Shown one piece after another: positions 16,619-26,780 of a DNA stretch of 38,744 nt (its first letter is position 1; each line of letters begins with the position of its first letter). The stretch is from the IMG/VR virus record IMGVR_UViG_2703719354_000025. The stretch is one strand, 5' to 3'. A program made the position numbers and the translations under genes. Source of the DNA: a virus (taxonomy: Duplodnaviria > Heunggongvirae > Uroviricota > Caudoviricetes). The notes under the pieces are model-generated. The model was not told where the DNA came from, ran no database searches, and saw only the letters and a list, made by a program, of their open reading frames with translations.

Positions 16619-16640
16619 CTTGTCCAACGTGTTGGACAAG
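16619..16640. promoter_or_regulatory. 22-bp palindrome upstream of the packaging module
   Basis: CTTGTCCAAC-GT-GTTGGACAAG (10-bp perfect arms) in the lysis-to-HNH intergenic region. Confidence 0.5.
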
Positions 16641-16760
16641 CCTCTCCATTAGTGAGTTGTATTGATCACAACTCTACAAAGTATTCATTACTGGGTAGAT
16701 GAAAATAGTTTCACGATGAATGGAGGAGGCTATGTCGGTGGCTTCTTCATTGGAGTACAT

Positions 16761-17111
16761 ATGCCATCACGAATCCCAAAAGCCTGCCGTGTTCGTGGCT
16801 GCCGCCATACCACCACAGACCCGTCAGGCTACTGCGAAAGCCACAAAAGCGAAGGCTGGAAGCAATACAAGCCAGGCCAGTCCCGTCATCAGCGCGGCTA
16901 CGGTTCGAAATGGGATGCTATCCGTGAACGTGTACTGAAGCGTGACAAAGGCCTGTGTCAGTTATGTCTGCGTGCCGGTGTGGTGCGTGAGGCGAAAACC
17001 GTTGACCACATCATCCCTAAAGCACATGGCGGCACTGATGCCGACAGTAATCTGCAGAGTCTGTGCTGGCCGTGTCATAAGGCGAAGACGGCCCGTGAAC
17101 GGTTAAAGTGA
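16761..17111 (+). CDS. HNH endonuclease (terminase-associated)
   Basis: ATG at 16761 with GGAG upstream; translation contains CRVRGCRH...CESH...DHIIPKAHGGTDADSNLQSLCWPCH (HNH motif with Zn-binding Cys pairs); directly upstream of the terminase genes. Confidence 0.85.
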   Translation: MPSRIPKACRVRGCRHTTTDPSGYCESHKSEGWKQYKPGQSRHQRGYGSKWDAIRERVLKRDKGLCQLCLRAGVVREAKTVDHIIPKAHGGTDADSNLQSLCWPCHKAKTARERLK

Positions 17112-17138
17112 TAATAATTCTCAACTGTCTGTGGGGGA

Positions 17139-17198
17139 GGGGCGGGTCAAATCCCTGTGACCTGACGTCTTCCGGACTGCCCGCCCCATCGTTTTTTT
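17139..17198 (+). other. GC-rich hairpin with T-tract between HNH and terS (candidate terminator or cos-region element)
   Basis: GGGGCGGG (17139-17146) ... CCCGCCCC (17180-17187) followed by ATCGTTTTTTTA. Confidence 0.4.
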
Positions 17199-17237
17199 AT
17201 ACCCGCGAAAAATGAAATTTAACCAGGAGTGCCGCAT

Positions 17238-17732
17238 ATGGCTGGAACGGCGGGGCGTTCCGGGCGTCGCCCCAAGCCAACGGCGCGCAAGGCGCTGGCC
17301 GGAAACCCCGGCAAGCGAGCCCTGAACAAAGATGAACCTGTTTTTACGCCCATCAAAGGTGTTGAGCCACCGGAGTGGTTCGCAGAAGAAGATCTCCCTC
17401 TCGCCACGATCATGTGGCAACTGACAACCAAAGAACTCTGCGGTCAGGGCCTGCTGTGCGTGACTGACCTGGCGGTACTTGAGCGGTGGTGCGTGGCCTA
17501 TGAGTTCTGGCGACGTGCCGTGAAAAATATTGCCAGCCAGGGCAACACCATCACCGGTGCAATGGGCGGCAGGGTCAAAAACCCGGAGCTGACCGCCAAG
17601 AAAGAACAGGAGTCCGAGATGAGCAGCACGGGGGCAATGCTCGGACTCGACCCCAGCAGCCGCCAGCGTCTGATAGGCCTGGCGGGGCAGAAGAAAGCCA
17701 CTAACCCGTTTCTGAAAATCATCGAATCATGA
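17238..17732 (+). CDS. terminase small subunit (P27 family)
   Basis: ATG at 17238 with AGGAG 8 nt upstream; translation pattern typical of the P27 small terminase family; stop overlaps the terL start (ATGA). Confidence 0.85.
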   Translation: MAGTAGRSGRRPKPTARKALAGNPGKRALNKDEPVFTPIKGVEPPEWFAEEDLPLATIMWQLTTKELCGQGLLCVTDLAVLERWCVAYEFWRRAVKNIASQGNTITGAMGGRVKNPELTAKKEQESEMSSTGAMLGLDPSSRQRLIGLAGQKKATNPFLKIIES

Positions 17733-19462
17733 GCCGGAAATCTTACCCCAACGTAAATGCTGCCAATCAGTATGCCCGTGATGTCGTGCGGGGAAAGATT
17801 GTGGCCTGCCAGTTTGTGATTCAGGCCTGCCAGCGCCATCTTGATGACCTGATGGCGGAAAAAAGTAAGTCGTTTCGTTACCGCTTCGACAAGGACCTGG
17901 CTGAACGGGCCGCCAAATTTATTCAACTGTTGCCGCACACCAAGGGTGAGTGGGCATTTAAGAGGATGCCCATCACGCTGGAGCCGTGGCAGCTCTTTGT
18001 GATCTGCTGCGCGTTTGGCTGGGTCAATAAAGGCTCCCGGCTGCGCCGCTTCCGTGAGGTGTATACCGAAATCCCCCGTAAGAACGGCAAATCGGCAATC
18101 TCTGCCGGTGTCGCCCTGTATTGTTTTGCCTGTGATAACGAGTTTGGCGCGGAAGTGTATTCCGGTGCCACGACAGAGAAACAGGCGTGGGAAGTCTTTC
18201 GCCCGGCGCGACTGATGTGTAAACGCACACCCATGCTGACGGAAGCGTTCGGGATTGAGGTTAACGCCTCAAACATGAACCGTCCGGAGGATGGCGCGCG
18301 GTTTGAACCGCTGATCGGTAACCCCGGTGATGGATCATCACCCCACTGTGCGGTGGTGGATGAATATCACGAGCACGCCACCGATGCGCTTTACACCACG
18401 ATGCTTACCGGGATGGGGGCGCGACGTCAGCCACTGATGTGGGCCATTACTACTGCCGGGTACAACATTGAGGGGCCGTGCTACGACAAACGGCGGGAAG
18501 TTATCGAGATGCTCAACGGTTCGGTACCCAACGATGAACTGTTCGGGATCATCTATACCGTTGACGAAGGTGACGACTGGACCAACCCACAGGTGCTGGA
18601 AAAAGCCAACCCGAATATCGGGGTGTCGGTTTACCGTGAGTTTTTGTTAAGTCAGCAACAGCGTGCGAAAAATAACGCCCGTCTGGCAAACGTCTTTAAA
18701 ACAAAACACCTCAATATCTGGGTGTCGGCGCGTTCGGCGTATTTCAACCTGGTGAGCTGGCAGAGCTGCGAGGATAAATCACTGACTCTTGAGCAATTCG
18801 AGGGGCAGCCGTGCATTCTGGCCTTTGACCTGGCGCGTAAACTGGATATGAACAGCATGGCGCGACTTTATACCCGCGAGATTGACGGTAAAACGCATTA
18901 CTACAGTGTGGCCCCGCGTTTCTGGGTACCGTATGACACGGTGTACAGCGTCGAGAAAAATGAAGATCGACGGACAGCCGAACGCTTTCAGAAATGGGTG
19001 GAAATGGGCGTTCTGACCGTTACCGATGGTGCGGAAGTGGATTATCGCTACATCCTCGAGGAGGCCAAAGCGGCGAACAAAATCAGCCCGGTCAGTGAGT
19101 CACCCATCGACCCCTTCGGGGCGACCGGGCTGTCACATGACCTTGCTGATGAAGACCTGAATCCCATCACTATCATTCAGAACTACACCAACATGTCCGA
19201 CCCGATGAAAGAGCTGGAAGCGGCAATTGAATCGGGGCGCTTTCATCATGATGGCAATCCCATCATGACCTGGTGTATCGGCAACGTGGTCGGCAAAACC
19301 ATTCCGGGTAACGATGATGTGGTGAAGCCCGTCAAAGAGCAGGCGGAAAACAAAATCGATGGTGCAGTTGCGCTGATTATGGCGGTTGGCAGAGCCATGC
19401 TGTACGAGAAAGAAGACACGCTGTCTGACCACATTGAGTCCTATGGGATCCGCTCGCTTTAA
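17729..19462 (+). CDS. terminase large subunit
   Basis: 577 aa; size, position and ATPase/nuclease-type sequence pattern; followed by portal, protease and capsid genes. Confidence 0.93.
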   Translation: MSRKSYPNVNAANQYARDVVRGKIVACQFVIQACQRHLDDLMAEKSKSFRYRFDKDLAERAAKFIQLLPHTKGEWAFKRMPITLEPWQLFVICCAFGWVNKGSRLRRFREVYTEIPRKNGKSAISAGVALYCFACDNEFGAEVYSGATTEKQAWEVFRPARLMCKRTPMLTEAFGIEVNASNMNRPEDGARFEPLIGNPGDGSSPHCAVVDEYHEHATDALYTTMLTGMGARRQPLMWAITTAGYNIEGPCYDKRREVIEMLNGSVPNDELFGIIYTVDEGDDWTNPQVLEKANPNIGVSVYREFLLSQQQRAKNNARLANVFKTKHLNIWVSARSAYFNLVSWQSCEDKSLTLEQFEGQPCILAFDLARKLDMNSMARLYTREIDGKTHYYSVAPRFWVPYDTVYSVEKNEDRRTAERFQKWVEMGVLTVTDGAEVDYRYILEEAKAANKISPVSESPIDPFGATGLSHDLADEDLNPITIIQNYTNMSDPMKELEAAIESGRFHHDGNPIMTWCIGNVVGKTIPGNDDVVKPVKEQAENKIDGAVALIMAVGRAMLYEKEDTLSDHIESYGIRSL

Positions 19463-19473
19463 CTGAGGTAATT

Positions 19474-19656
19474 ATGATCATGCTGATTCTCGCGCCTCTG
19501 GTGGGCGTGCTGGGGGCGCTTTTGCTGGCGTATGGTGCCTGGCTGATTTATCCCCCGGCGGGGTTTGTTGTTGCCGGGGCGTTGTGCCTGTTCTGGTCGT
19601 GGCTGGTGGCGCGATATCTCGACCGTACACAGATGTCTGTTGGTGGAGGTAAATAG
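19474..19656 (+). CDS. small hydrophobic protein (60 aa, 2 predicted TM)
   Basis: [49 protein letters not shown]; fills the terL-portal gap exactly. Confidence 0.4.
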   Translation: MIMLILAPLVGVLGALLLAYGAWLIYPPAGFVVAGALCLFWSWLVARYLDRTQMSVGGGK

Positions 19657-20897
19657 TGTTCTTTTCGGGATTATTTCAACGAAAAAGTGACGCACCGGTG
19701 ACCACGCCAGCAGAGCTGGCGGATGCTATCGGGCTGTCATACGACACCTATACCGGAAAGCAGATCAGCAGCCAGAGGGCCATGCGACTGACGGCGGTTT
19801 TTTCCTGCGTCAGGGTGCTGGCGGAGTCGGTCGGGATGTTGCCCTGCAACCTGTATCACCTGAACGGCAGCCTGAAGCAGAGAGCCACTGGCGAACGTCT
19901 GCATAAGCTGATCTCCACGCATCCCAATGGCTATATGACGCCGCAGGAGTTCTGGGAGCTGGTGGTCACCTGTCTGTGCCTGCGGGGAAACTTTTACGCC
20001 TACAAAGTGAAAGCATTTGGCGAAGTGGCTGAACTGCTGCCCGTCGATCCCGGCTGTGTGGTACCGAAGCTTAACAGTAGCTGGGAGCCGGTCTATCAGG
20101 TCACATTCCCGGATGGCTCCACGGATGTACTGAGCCAGGAGGATATCTGGCATGTGCGCACGCTGACGCTGGACGGACTGGTGGGGCTGAATCCCATCGC
20201 CTATGCCCGCGAGGCAATATCGCTGGCGGCAGCGACCGAAGAGCACGGGGCCAGACTGTTCAGCAATGGCGCGGTGACGTCGGGTGTGTTGCGTACAGAG
20301 CAGACGCTGTCAGATCAGGCTTATGAGCGCCTGAAGAAAGATTTTGAGGAGCGTCACACCGGGCTTGGCAATGCTCACCGCCCGATGATCCTTGAGATGG
20401 GGCTGGACTGGAAGTCGATGGCGCTGAACGCCGAGGACAGCCAGTTCCTGGAAACCCGCAAGTTTCAGCTTGAAGAAATCTGTCGTCTGTTCCGGGTGCC
20501 GTTGCACATGGTGCAGAACACCGATCGCGCCACCTTCAACAATATCGAAGAGCTGGGGCTGGGATTTATCAACTATTCACTGGTGCCGTATCTGACCCGC
20601 ATCGAACAGCGGATCAACACCGGACTGGTACGAAAAAGTAAGCAGGGCGTTTATTACGCCAAATTTAACGCCGGGGCGTTACTGCGCGGGGATATGAAGT
20701 CCCGTTTTGAAGCCTACGCCACCGGGATCAACTGGGGAATTTACTCTCCCAATGACTGCCGCGACCTGGAAGATATGAATCCGCGTCCCGGTGGTGATGT
20801 CTATCTCACACCGATGAACATGACCACGAAACCCTCCGATGGCAGTAAAGCCGGTAAGCAGAAGGATAACGCCAATGCAGACGAAACAACGTCTTGA
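19656..20897 (+). CDS. portal protein (HK97 family)
   Basis: 413 aa; GTG start with GGAGG RBS; position and conserved portal-like sequence. Confidence 0.9.
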   Translation: MFFSGLFQRKSDAPVTTPAELADAIGLSYDTYTGKQISSQRAMRLTAVFSCVRVLAESVGMLPCNLYHLNGSLKQRATGERLHKLISTHPNGYMTPQEFWELVVTCLCLRGNFYAYKVKAFGEVAELLPVDPGCVVPKLNSSWEPVYQVTFPDGSTDVLSQEDIWHVRTLTLDGLVGLNPIAYAREAISLAAATEEHGARLFSNGAVTSGVLRTEQTLSDQAYERLKKDFEERHTGLGNAHRPMILEMGLDWKSMALNAEDSQFLETRKFQLEEICRLFRVPLHMVQNTDRATFNNIEELGLGFINYSLVPYLTRIEQRINTGLVRKSKQGVYYAKFNAGALLRGDMKSRFEAYATGINWGIYSPNDCRDLEDMNPRPGGDVYLTPMNMTTKPSDGSKAGKQKDNANADETTS

Positions 20898-21525
20898 TGT
20901 ACCGCTGAGTCTGAAATCTGTCAGTGACTCCGGTGAGTTTGAAGGGTATGGCTCCGTCTTTGGTGTAAAGGACAGCCACGATGATGTGGTGATGTCCGGG
21001 GCATTTGCTGCTTCCCTGCGGGCGTGGAGTGACAGAAAAGCGTTACCAGCGCTGCTCTGGCAGCACCGCATGGATGAGCCCATCGGTGTTTATACCGAAA
21101 TGAAGGAAGACGATGTCGGGCTTTACGTCAGGGGGCGGTTGCTCATTGATGATGATCCCCTGGCAAAACGCGCACATGCACACATGAAGGCCGGTTCGTT
21201 AACCGGCCTTTCTATTGGGTACGTCCTGAAGGACTGGGAATACGACCGGACGAAAGAAGCCTTTCTGCTGAAAGAAATCGACCTCTGGGAAGTCAGTCTG
21301 GTGACGTTTCCGTCTAACGACGAGGCGCGGATCAGCGACGTCAAGAACGCGCTGGCCCGCGGGGAAATCCCCGAACAGAAAAAAATCGAAAGAGTCCTGC
21401 GTGATGTCGGACTCTCCCGTACCCAGGCCAAAGCATTCATGGCCGGGGGCTATGGCGCACTGTCCCTGCGCGACGCTGAGGATGTGGGCTCTGCACTGAA
21501 TGCACTGAAAAATCTGAACTTCTAA
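20875..21525 (+). CDS. prohead protease (HK97 family)
   Basis: Start set at the ATG at 20875 (MQTKQRLDVPLSLKSVSDSGEFEGYGSVFGVKDSHDDVV..., typical HK97 protease N-terminus); the ORF-track start at 20839 lies inside the portal gene. Confidence 0.85.
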   Translation: MQTKQRLDVPLSLKSVSDSGEFEGYGSVFGVKDSHDDVVMSGAFAASLRAWSDRKALPALLWQHRMDEPIGVYTEMKEDDVGLYVRGRLLIDDDPLAKRAHAHMKAGSLTGLSIGYVLKDWEYDRTKEAFLLKEIDLWEVSLVTFPSNDEARISDVKNALARGEIPEQKKIERVLRDVGLSRTQAKAFMAGGYGALSLRDAEDVGSALNALKNLNF

Positions 21526-21539
21526 TCAGGAGAAATACG

Positions 21540-22745
21540 ATGGCGGTTGATATTAAAGATGTCGAACAGGTCGCGCAGGAGCTGCAGCAGAAGTTTGACG
21601 ACTTCAAAGCAAAGAACGACAAGCGCGTGGATGCGATTGAGCAGGAAAAAGGCAAACTTGCCGGGCAGGTGGAAACCCTGAACGGGAAACTCAGCGAGCT
21701 GGAAAACCTCAAAAGCGATCTTGAAAAAGAGCTGCTTAGGCTGAAACGTCCGGCAGGTGGTGCGCAAAATAAACTGGCCACCGAGCATAAAGAGGCGTTT
21801 GTGTGCTTCCTGCGTAAAGGCCGTGAAGACGGTCTGCGCGATCTGGAGCGTAAGGCATTGCAGGTGGGCACCGATGAAGACGGTGGCTACGCCGTGCCGG
21901 AAGCGCTGGATCGCAACATTCTCAACCTGCTGAAAGATGAAGTGGTGATGCGTCAGGAAGCCACGGTGATCACCGTTGGCGGTTCCGACTACAAAAAACT
22001 GGTGAATCTGGGCGGCACGGCTTCCGGATGGGTTGGCGAGACTGACACGCGATCCCAGACTGCCACCTCCAGACTGGAGCTGATTGAACCTCTCATGGGG
22101 GAAATCTACGGCAACCCGCAGGCTACCCAGAAAATGCTGGACGATGCCTTCTTCAACGTGGAGGCCTGGATCAACAGCGAGCTGGCAACCGAATTTGCCG
22201 AACAGGAAGAAATTGCCTTTACCTCAGGCGATGGCACCAAGAAGCCGAAAGGGTTCCTGGCGTATGAATCCACTGATGAAACCGATAAGGTCCGGGCGTT
22301 CGGCAAACTTCAGCATATTGTATCCGGCGAAGCGACGGCGGTGACCGCAGACGCCATTATTAAACTGATTTACACGCTGCGTAAGGCACACCGCACTGGC
22401 GCGAAGTTCATGATGAACAACAACAGCCTGTTTGCCATCCGTCTGCTTAAAGACAGCGAGGGTAACTATCTGTGGCGTCCGGGGCTGGAACTGGGGCAGC
22501 CGTCCTCTCTGGCGGGTTACGGTATCGCTGAAAACGAACAGATGCCGGATATCGCCGCTGATGCGAAAGCCATTGCATTTGGTAACTTCAAACGGGGTTA
22601 CACCATCGTTGACCGTATCGGCACCCGCATTCTGCGTGACCCGTACACCAATAAACCGTTTGTCGGTTTTTATACCACCAAACGCACCGGCGGCATGCTG
22701 GTCGATTCGCAGGCCATCAAACTGCTGAAAATTGCAGTGGCGTAA
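21540..22745 (+). CDS. major capsid protein (HK97 family)
   Basis: 401 aa; N-terminal coiled-coil delta domain (EQVAQELQQKFDDFKAKNDKRVDAIEQEKGKLAGQVETLNGKLSELENLKSDLEKELLRLK) followed by capsid fold; AGGAG RBS. Confidence 0.9.
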   Translation: MAVDIKDVEQVAQELQQKFDDFKAKNDKRVDAIEQEKGKLAGQVETLNGKLSELENLKSDLEKELLRLKRPAGGAQNKLATEHKEAFVCFLRKGREDGLRDLERKALQVGTDEDGGYAVPEALDRNILNLLKDEVVMRQEATVITVGGSDYKKLVNLGGTASGWVGETDTRSQTATSRLELIEPLMGEIYGNPQATQKMLDDAFFNVEAWINSELATEFAEQEEIAFTSGDGTKKPKGFLAYESTDETDKVRAFGKLQHIVSGEATAVTADAIIKLIYTLRKAHRTGAKFMMNNNSLFAIRLLKDSEGNYLWRPGLELGQPSSLAGYGIAENEQMPDIAADAKAIAFGNFKRGYTIVDRIGTRILRDPYTNKPFVGFYTTKRTGGMLVDSQAIKLLKIAVA

Positions 22746-22793
22746 TCACTCAGGGGCGCGGAACCGCGCCCCTGTTCTGACGGGTGAAGAATC

Positions 22794-22994
22794 ATGATCC
22801 TGAAACAAGATCTGAAATGGTCACCGGACGGTATGCGTGTTGAGGTCATTCGGGCCGGTGAGTATGACGACGGGGCGCTTCCTGCCCGGGTGCAGGAGAT
22901 TGCACTTCAGGCCGGGTTAGCAGAGCGCGGAACCAGTGCAAAAAGCAGTAAAGCGACAAAAGAGAAAAAAGCCACGACCAGTAAAGAGGGCTGA
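22794..22994 (+). CDS. hypothetical head-associated small protein (66 aa)
   Basis: Short ORF between capsid and connector genes; Lys-rich tail. Confidence 0.45.
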   Translation: MILKQDLKWSPDGMRVEVIRAGEYDDGALPARVQEIALQAGLAERGTSAKSSKATKEKKATTSKEG

Positions 22995-22996
22995 GT

Positions 22997-23320
22997 ATGC
23001 TTCTGACAATGGAAGAGATTAAAGCCCAACTCCGGCTGGATGAGGATTTCGATGCTGATGACCGCCATCTGCAACTGCTGGCCTGTGCGGCACAAAAGCG
23101 GACGGAAACGTATCTGAACCGGAAGCTCTATGCACCGGATGAAACCATTCCGGACAGCGATCCGGACGGGCTGCACCTGCCGGATGATATTCGTCTGGGG
23201 ATGCTGATGCTTATCAGCCATTTTTACGAAAACCGCTCGTCGGTTACGGAAGTGGAGAAACTCGACATGCCGCAGAGTTTTGGCTGGCTTGTCGGCCCGT
23301 ACAGGTACTTTCCGCAATGA
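22997..23320 (+). CDS. head-tail connector (gp6-like)
   Basis: MLLTMEEIKAQLRLDEDFDADDRHLQLLACAAQKRTETYLNRKL matches the gp6-like connector family pattern. Confidence 0.8.
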   Translation: MLLTMEEIKAQLRLDEDFDADDRHLQLLACAAQKRTETYLNRKLYAPDETIPDSDPDGLHLPDDIRLGMLMLISHFYENRSSVTEVEKLDMPQSFGWLVGPYRYFPQ

Positions 23321-23727
23321 AAATTCGTCAGGCGCAGACCAGCGCAACCTACATTCTGCCAGACCCCGGTGAACTGAATAAACGCGTCCTGATCCGCCAG
23401 CGGGTGGATATGCCCGCGGATAACTTTGGCGTGGAGCCTCAATACCCGGTTGCGTTCCGGGCATGGGCGAAGGTTATCCAGACCAGTGCCACCACCTGGC
23501 AGGAAACCGCGCAGATCGGAGACGCCATCACCCATTACATCACCATTCGTTACCGCCGGGGGATCACTGCTGATTATGAGGTGGTCTGTGATGACAGTGT
23601 GTACCGGGTGAAACGTCAGCGTGATCTGAACGGGGCGCGGCGCTTTCTGTTGCTGGAGTGTACAGAGCTGGGCGAATTTACGCAGAGTCACGGAGGCAGC
23701 AATGGCGACTCCCTTTTTGCACGTTGA
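23317..23727 (+). CDS. head closure / head-tail adaptor protein
   Basis: 136 aa, position and family pattern; ATGA overlap with the upstream gene. Confidence 0.7.
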   Translation: MKIRQAQTSATYILPDPGELNKRVLIRQRVDMPADNFGVEPQYPVAFRAWAKVIQTSATTWQETAQIGDAITHYITIRYRRGITADYEVVCDDSVYRVKRQRDLNGARRFLLLECTELGEFTQSHGGSNGDSLFAR

Positions 23728-24208
23728 TGTTCAGCAGCCCACGGAGATGCGCTTTAACCGCGCCCGTGTCCGGCGGGCGTTTGTCACGATTGGGCAGCGT
23801 CATATGCGTGATGCCCGTCGGCTGGTGATGCGCCGTGCGCGGTCGGCACCGGGTGAAAACCCCGGTTATCAGACCGGACGCCTGGCTCGTTCGATTGGTT
23901 ATATGGTGCCGAGAGCCAGTAAAAAGCGAGCCGGTTTTATGACACGCATTGCCCCTAACCAGCGCAACGGGAGGGGGAACCGGATGATCTCTGGTGACTT
24001 CTATCCGGCGTTTCTGTTTTTTGGTGTCCGGGGAGGAGCAAAACGTCGTCGTAGTCATCATCGTGGTGCATCCGGTGGCAGCGGCTGGCGACTGGCTCCA
24101 CGTAATAACTTCATGGTGGAAACTCTTGAAAAGAACCGCAGCTGGACACGCTATTTTCTGGCGCGGGAATTGCGTAAATCACTGAAGCCGGAGCGACGAC
24201 ACAGATGA
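23702..24208 (+). CDS. HK97 gp10-like tail component
   Basis: 168 aa basic protein in the head-tail joining gene block. Confidence 0.65.
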   Translation: MATPFLHVDVQQPTEMRFNRARVRRAFVTIGQRHMRDARRLVMRRARSAPGENPGYQTGRLARSIGYMVPRASKKRAGFMTRIAPNQRNGRGNRMISGDFYPAFLFFGVRGGAKRRRSHHRGASGGSGWRLAPRNNFMVETLEKNRSWTRYFLARELRKSLKPERRHR

Positions 24209-24765
24209 AACTGACGCCTGTTATTGCTGCACTGCGTGCCCGCTGTCCGTATTTTGAAAACCGGGTTGCAGGCGCGGCCCAGTTCAAAAATCTGCCGGAG
24301 GTCGGAAAGCTGAAACTCCCGGCGGCATATGTTGTACCGGGTGATGATTCTCCGGGAGAAAACAAAAGCCAGACCGACTACTGGCAGGAGCTGAAAGAGG
24401 GTTTCTCCGTGGTTGTCATACTGAGTAACGGGCGTGATGAGCGCGGTCAGTTTGCCTCGTATGATGTGGTGGACGATGTCCGGCAGATGCTCTTTAAGGC
24501 TCTGCTGGGCTGGAACCCGGAGGCGTGCGGTAACCCGATTACCTATGACGGCGGCACGCTGCTGGATCTGAATCGTCATGAGCTGATTTATCAGTTCGAT
24601 TTTTCGGTCATCAGCGAGCTGACTGAAGACGATACCCGCCAGCAGGATGATCTGAACAGTCTGGATGAACTGCAAACGCTGGCGATTGATGTTGATTATC
24701 TCGAGCCCGGTAACGGGCCTGACGGCGATATCGAACATCACACCGAAATAACCCTTCCTTCCTGA
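24205..24765 (+). CDS. tail completion / tail terminator-like protein
   Basis: 186 aa, last gene before the sheath; ATGA overlap with the upstream gene. Confidence 0.6.
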   Translation: MKLTPVIAALRARCPYFENRVAGAAQFKNLPEVGKLKLPAAYVVPGDDSPGENKSQTDYWQELKEGFSVVVILSNGRDERGQFASYDVVDDVRQMLFKALLGWNPEACGNPITYDGGTLLDLNRHELIYQFDFSVISELTEDDTRQQDDLNSLDELQTLAIDVDYLEPGNGPDGDIEHHTEITLPS

Positions 24766-24773
24766 GGATCCTC

Positions 24774-24944
24774 ATGTTTGTCAAACCTGTTAAAGGGCGG
24801 TCAGTGCCTGACCCTGCCCGCGGCGACCTTTTGCCCGCCGAAGGGCGAAATGTTGACGAGAACAACTACTGGCTGCGCCGTGAAGCAGCGGGTGATATCC
24901 GGTGCGTGAATAAAAAGGTGAATACCGATGACGATAAGCTTTAA
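24774..24944 (+). CDS. possible small ORF (56 aa) overlapping the sheath gene start
   Basis: ATG at 24774, 8 bp after the upstream stop; translation MFVKPVKGRSVPDPARGDLLPAEGRNVDENNYWLRREAAGDIRCVNKKVNTDDDKL; not in the ORF track because it is under 60 aa. Confidence 0.3.
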   Translation: MFVKPVKGRSVPDPARGDLLPAEGRNVDENNYWLRREAAGDIRCVNKKVNTDDDKL

Positions 24945-26424
24945 CACCATTCCGTCGAATACGCTGGTTCCGTTGTTTTATGCGGAAATGGATAACCAGG
25001 CGGCGAATACTGCACAGGACAGCGGAGCATCGCTGCTGATTGGTCATGCCAATAACGGTGCAGAGATTGTTGCCAACAGTCTGGTACTGATGCCGTCGGC
25101 AGACTATGCACGCCAGATTTGTGGTGCGGGAAGTCAGCTGGCGCGTATGGTCGAGGCTTATCGCCAGACTGACCCGTTTGGCGAGCTGTATGTGATTGCC
25201 GTTCCTGAATCCACAGGCGCGGCGGCAACAGTTACGCTGACGGTGACCGGGGCAGCAACCGAAACCGGCACGGTGAATGTTTATGTGGGACGTACCCGCG
25301 TGCAGGCACCGGTGACCAACGGCGATAACGTCGCGACGATTGCCAGCAGTATCAAAGATGCCATCAATGCCGTTCCGGCCCTGCCGTTTACGGCCTCATC
25401 TTCGGCTGGTGTGGTTACACTGACCGCTCGCCATAAGGGGCTTTGCGGGAATGAAATTCCTGTCAGCCTCAATTACTACGGCTTCGGTGGGGGCGAAGTG
25501 CTGCCAGCGGGCGTACAGATTGCCGTGGCGACGGGGACCGCCGGAACGGGCGCTCCGGTTCTCACCGGCGCGGTGGCTGCAATGGCGGATGAGCCGTTTG
25601 ATTATATCGGTCTGCCGTTCAACGACACGGCCTCTGTTAACACGCTGGTGACCGAGATGAACGATACCAGCGGTCGCTGGAGCTATGCGCGTCAGCTGTA
25701 TGGTCATGTGTATACGGCAAAGGCCGGCACACTGTCAGAACTGGTGAACGCAGGTGACCAGTTTAACCAGCAGCACATCACCCTGGCGGGGTACGAAAAA
25801 GAGACCCAGACGCCTGCCGACGAGCTGGCAGCCAGCCGTACCGCCCGCGCAGCGGTGTTTATCCGCAACGATCCGGCACGTCCCACGCAGACCGGTGAGA
25901 TGGTGGGTATGCTGCCTGCGCCGAAGGGGAAACGGTTCACGATGACCGAACAACAGACCCTGCTGTCTCATGGCGTGGCAACGGCGTATGTCGAAAGCGG
26001 GGTACTGCGCATTCAGCGTGATGTCACCACGTACAGGAAAAACGCTTACGGGGTTGCGGATAACAGCTACCTCGACAGTGAGACACTGCATACCAGCGCG
26101 TATGTACTGCGCAAACTGAAATCCGTCATTACCAGTAAGTACGGGCGTCACAAGCTTGCCAGTGACGGTACCCGCTTTGGTCCCGGTCAGGCGATTGTCA
26201 CCCCGGCGGTGATCAAAGGGGAACTGCTGGCAACCTACCGTCAGCTTGAGCGTGCGGGGATCGTGGAAAACTACGAACTGTTTAAGCAGTACCTGGTTGT
26301 GGAGCGTGATGCCAGCGATCCGAACCGCCTGAACACGCTGTTCCCGCCTGACTATGTTAACCAGTTGCGTGTCTTTGCCGTGGTTAACCAGTTCCGTCTT
26401 CAGTATTCAGAGGAGTCTGCATAA
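24928..26424 (+). CDS. tail sheath protein (Mu gpL-like)
   Basis: 498 aa; size and sequence typical of Mu-like contractile sheath; followed by tube, chaperone and tape measure. Confidence 0.9.
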   Translation: MTISFNTIPSNTLVPLFYAEMDNQAANTAQDSGASLLIGHANNGAEIVANSLVLMPSADYARQICGAGSQLARMVEAYRQTDPFGELYVIAVPESTGAAATVTLTVTGAATETGTVNVYVGRTRVQAPVTNGDNVATIASSIKDAINAVPALPFTASSSAGVVTLTARHKGLCGNEIPVSLNYYGFGGGEVLPAGVQIAVATGTAGTGAPVLTGAVAAMADEPFDYIGLPFNDTASVNTLVTEMNDTSGRWSYARQLYGHVYTAKAGTLSELVNAGDQFNQQHITLAGYEKETQTPADELAASRTARAAVFIRNDPARPTQTGEMVGMLPAPKGKRFTMTEQQTLLSHGVATAYVESGVLRIQRDVTTYRKNAYGVADNSYLDSETLHTSAYVLRKLKSVITSKYGRHKLASDGTRFGPGQAIVTPAVIKGELLATYRQLERAGIVENYELFKQYLVVERDASDPNRLNTLFPPDYVNQLRVFAVVNQFRLQYSEESA

Positions 26425-26780
26425 TGGCCCGTATCGGGGGAACCTGTTATTTCAAAATTGACGGTCAGCAGCTATCGCTGACCGGCGGCATTGAGGTGCC
26501 CATGAACAGGACGGTCAATGATGACATCATCGGCCTGGACGGTTCAGTGGACCGCAAGGAAACTCACCGTGCGCCCTATGTCAAAGGGACCTTCAAGGTG
26601 CCGAAGAATTTTCCGGTGAGCAAAATCACCTCGTCTGATGAGATGACCATCACTGCCGAGCTGGCGAACGGTCAGGTCTATGTACTGTCGTCTGCCTGGC
26701 TGCACGGCGAAGCGAACCATAATGCCGAAGAAGGCACGGTTGATCTTGAGTTCCACGGTGAAGAAGGGGATTACCAGTGA
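26424..26780 (+). CDS. tail tube protein (Mu gpM-like)
   Basis: 118 aa; TAATG overlap with the sheath stop. Confidence 0.8.
   Translation: MARIGGTCYFKIDGQQLSLTGGIEVPMNRTVNDDIIGLDGSVDRKETHRAPYVKGTFKVPKNFPVSKITSSDEMTITAELANGQVYVLSSAWLHGEANHNAEEGTVDLEFHGEEGDYQ

Noticed and set aside
16662-16760. N-terminal extension of the HNH ORF (start at 16662)
   Set aside because: The internal ATG at 16761 has a GGAG RBS and the HNH domain begins right after it; the upstream part is likely non-coding.
19737-20507. Minus-strand ORFs (169 aa, 65 aa) inside the portal gene
   Set aside because: Antisense to a well-supported structural gene; no RBS; Arg/Gln-rich translations typical of GC-rich antisense frames.
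24151-26151. Multiple minus-strand ORFs (up to 196 aa) across the tail-terminator and sheath genes
   Set aside because: All are antisense to confidently called tail genes in a tightly packed plus-strand operon.
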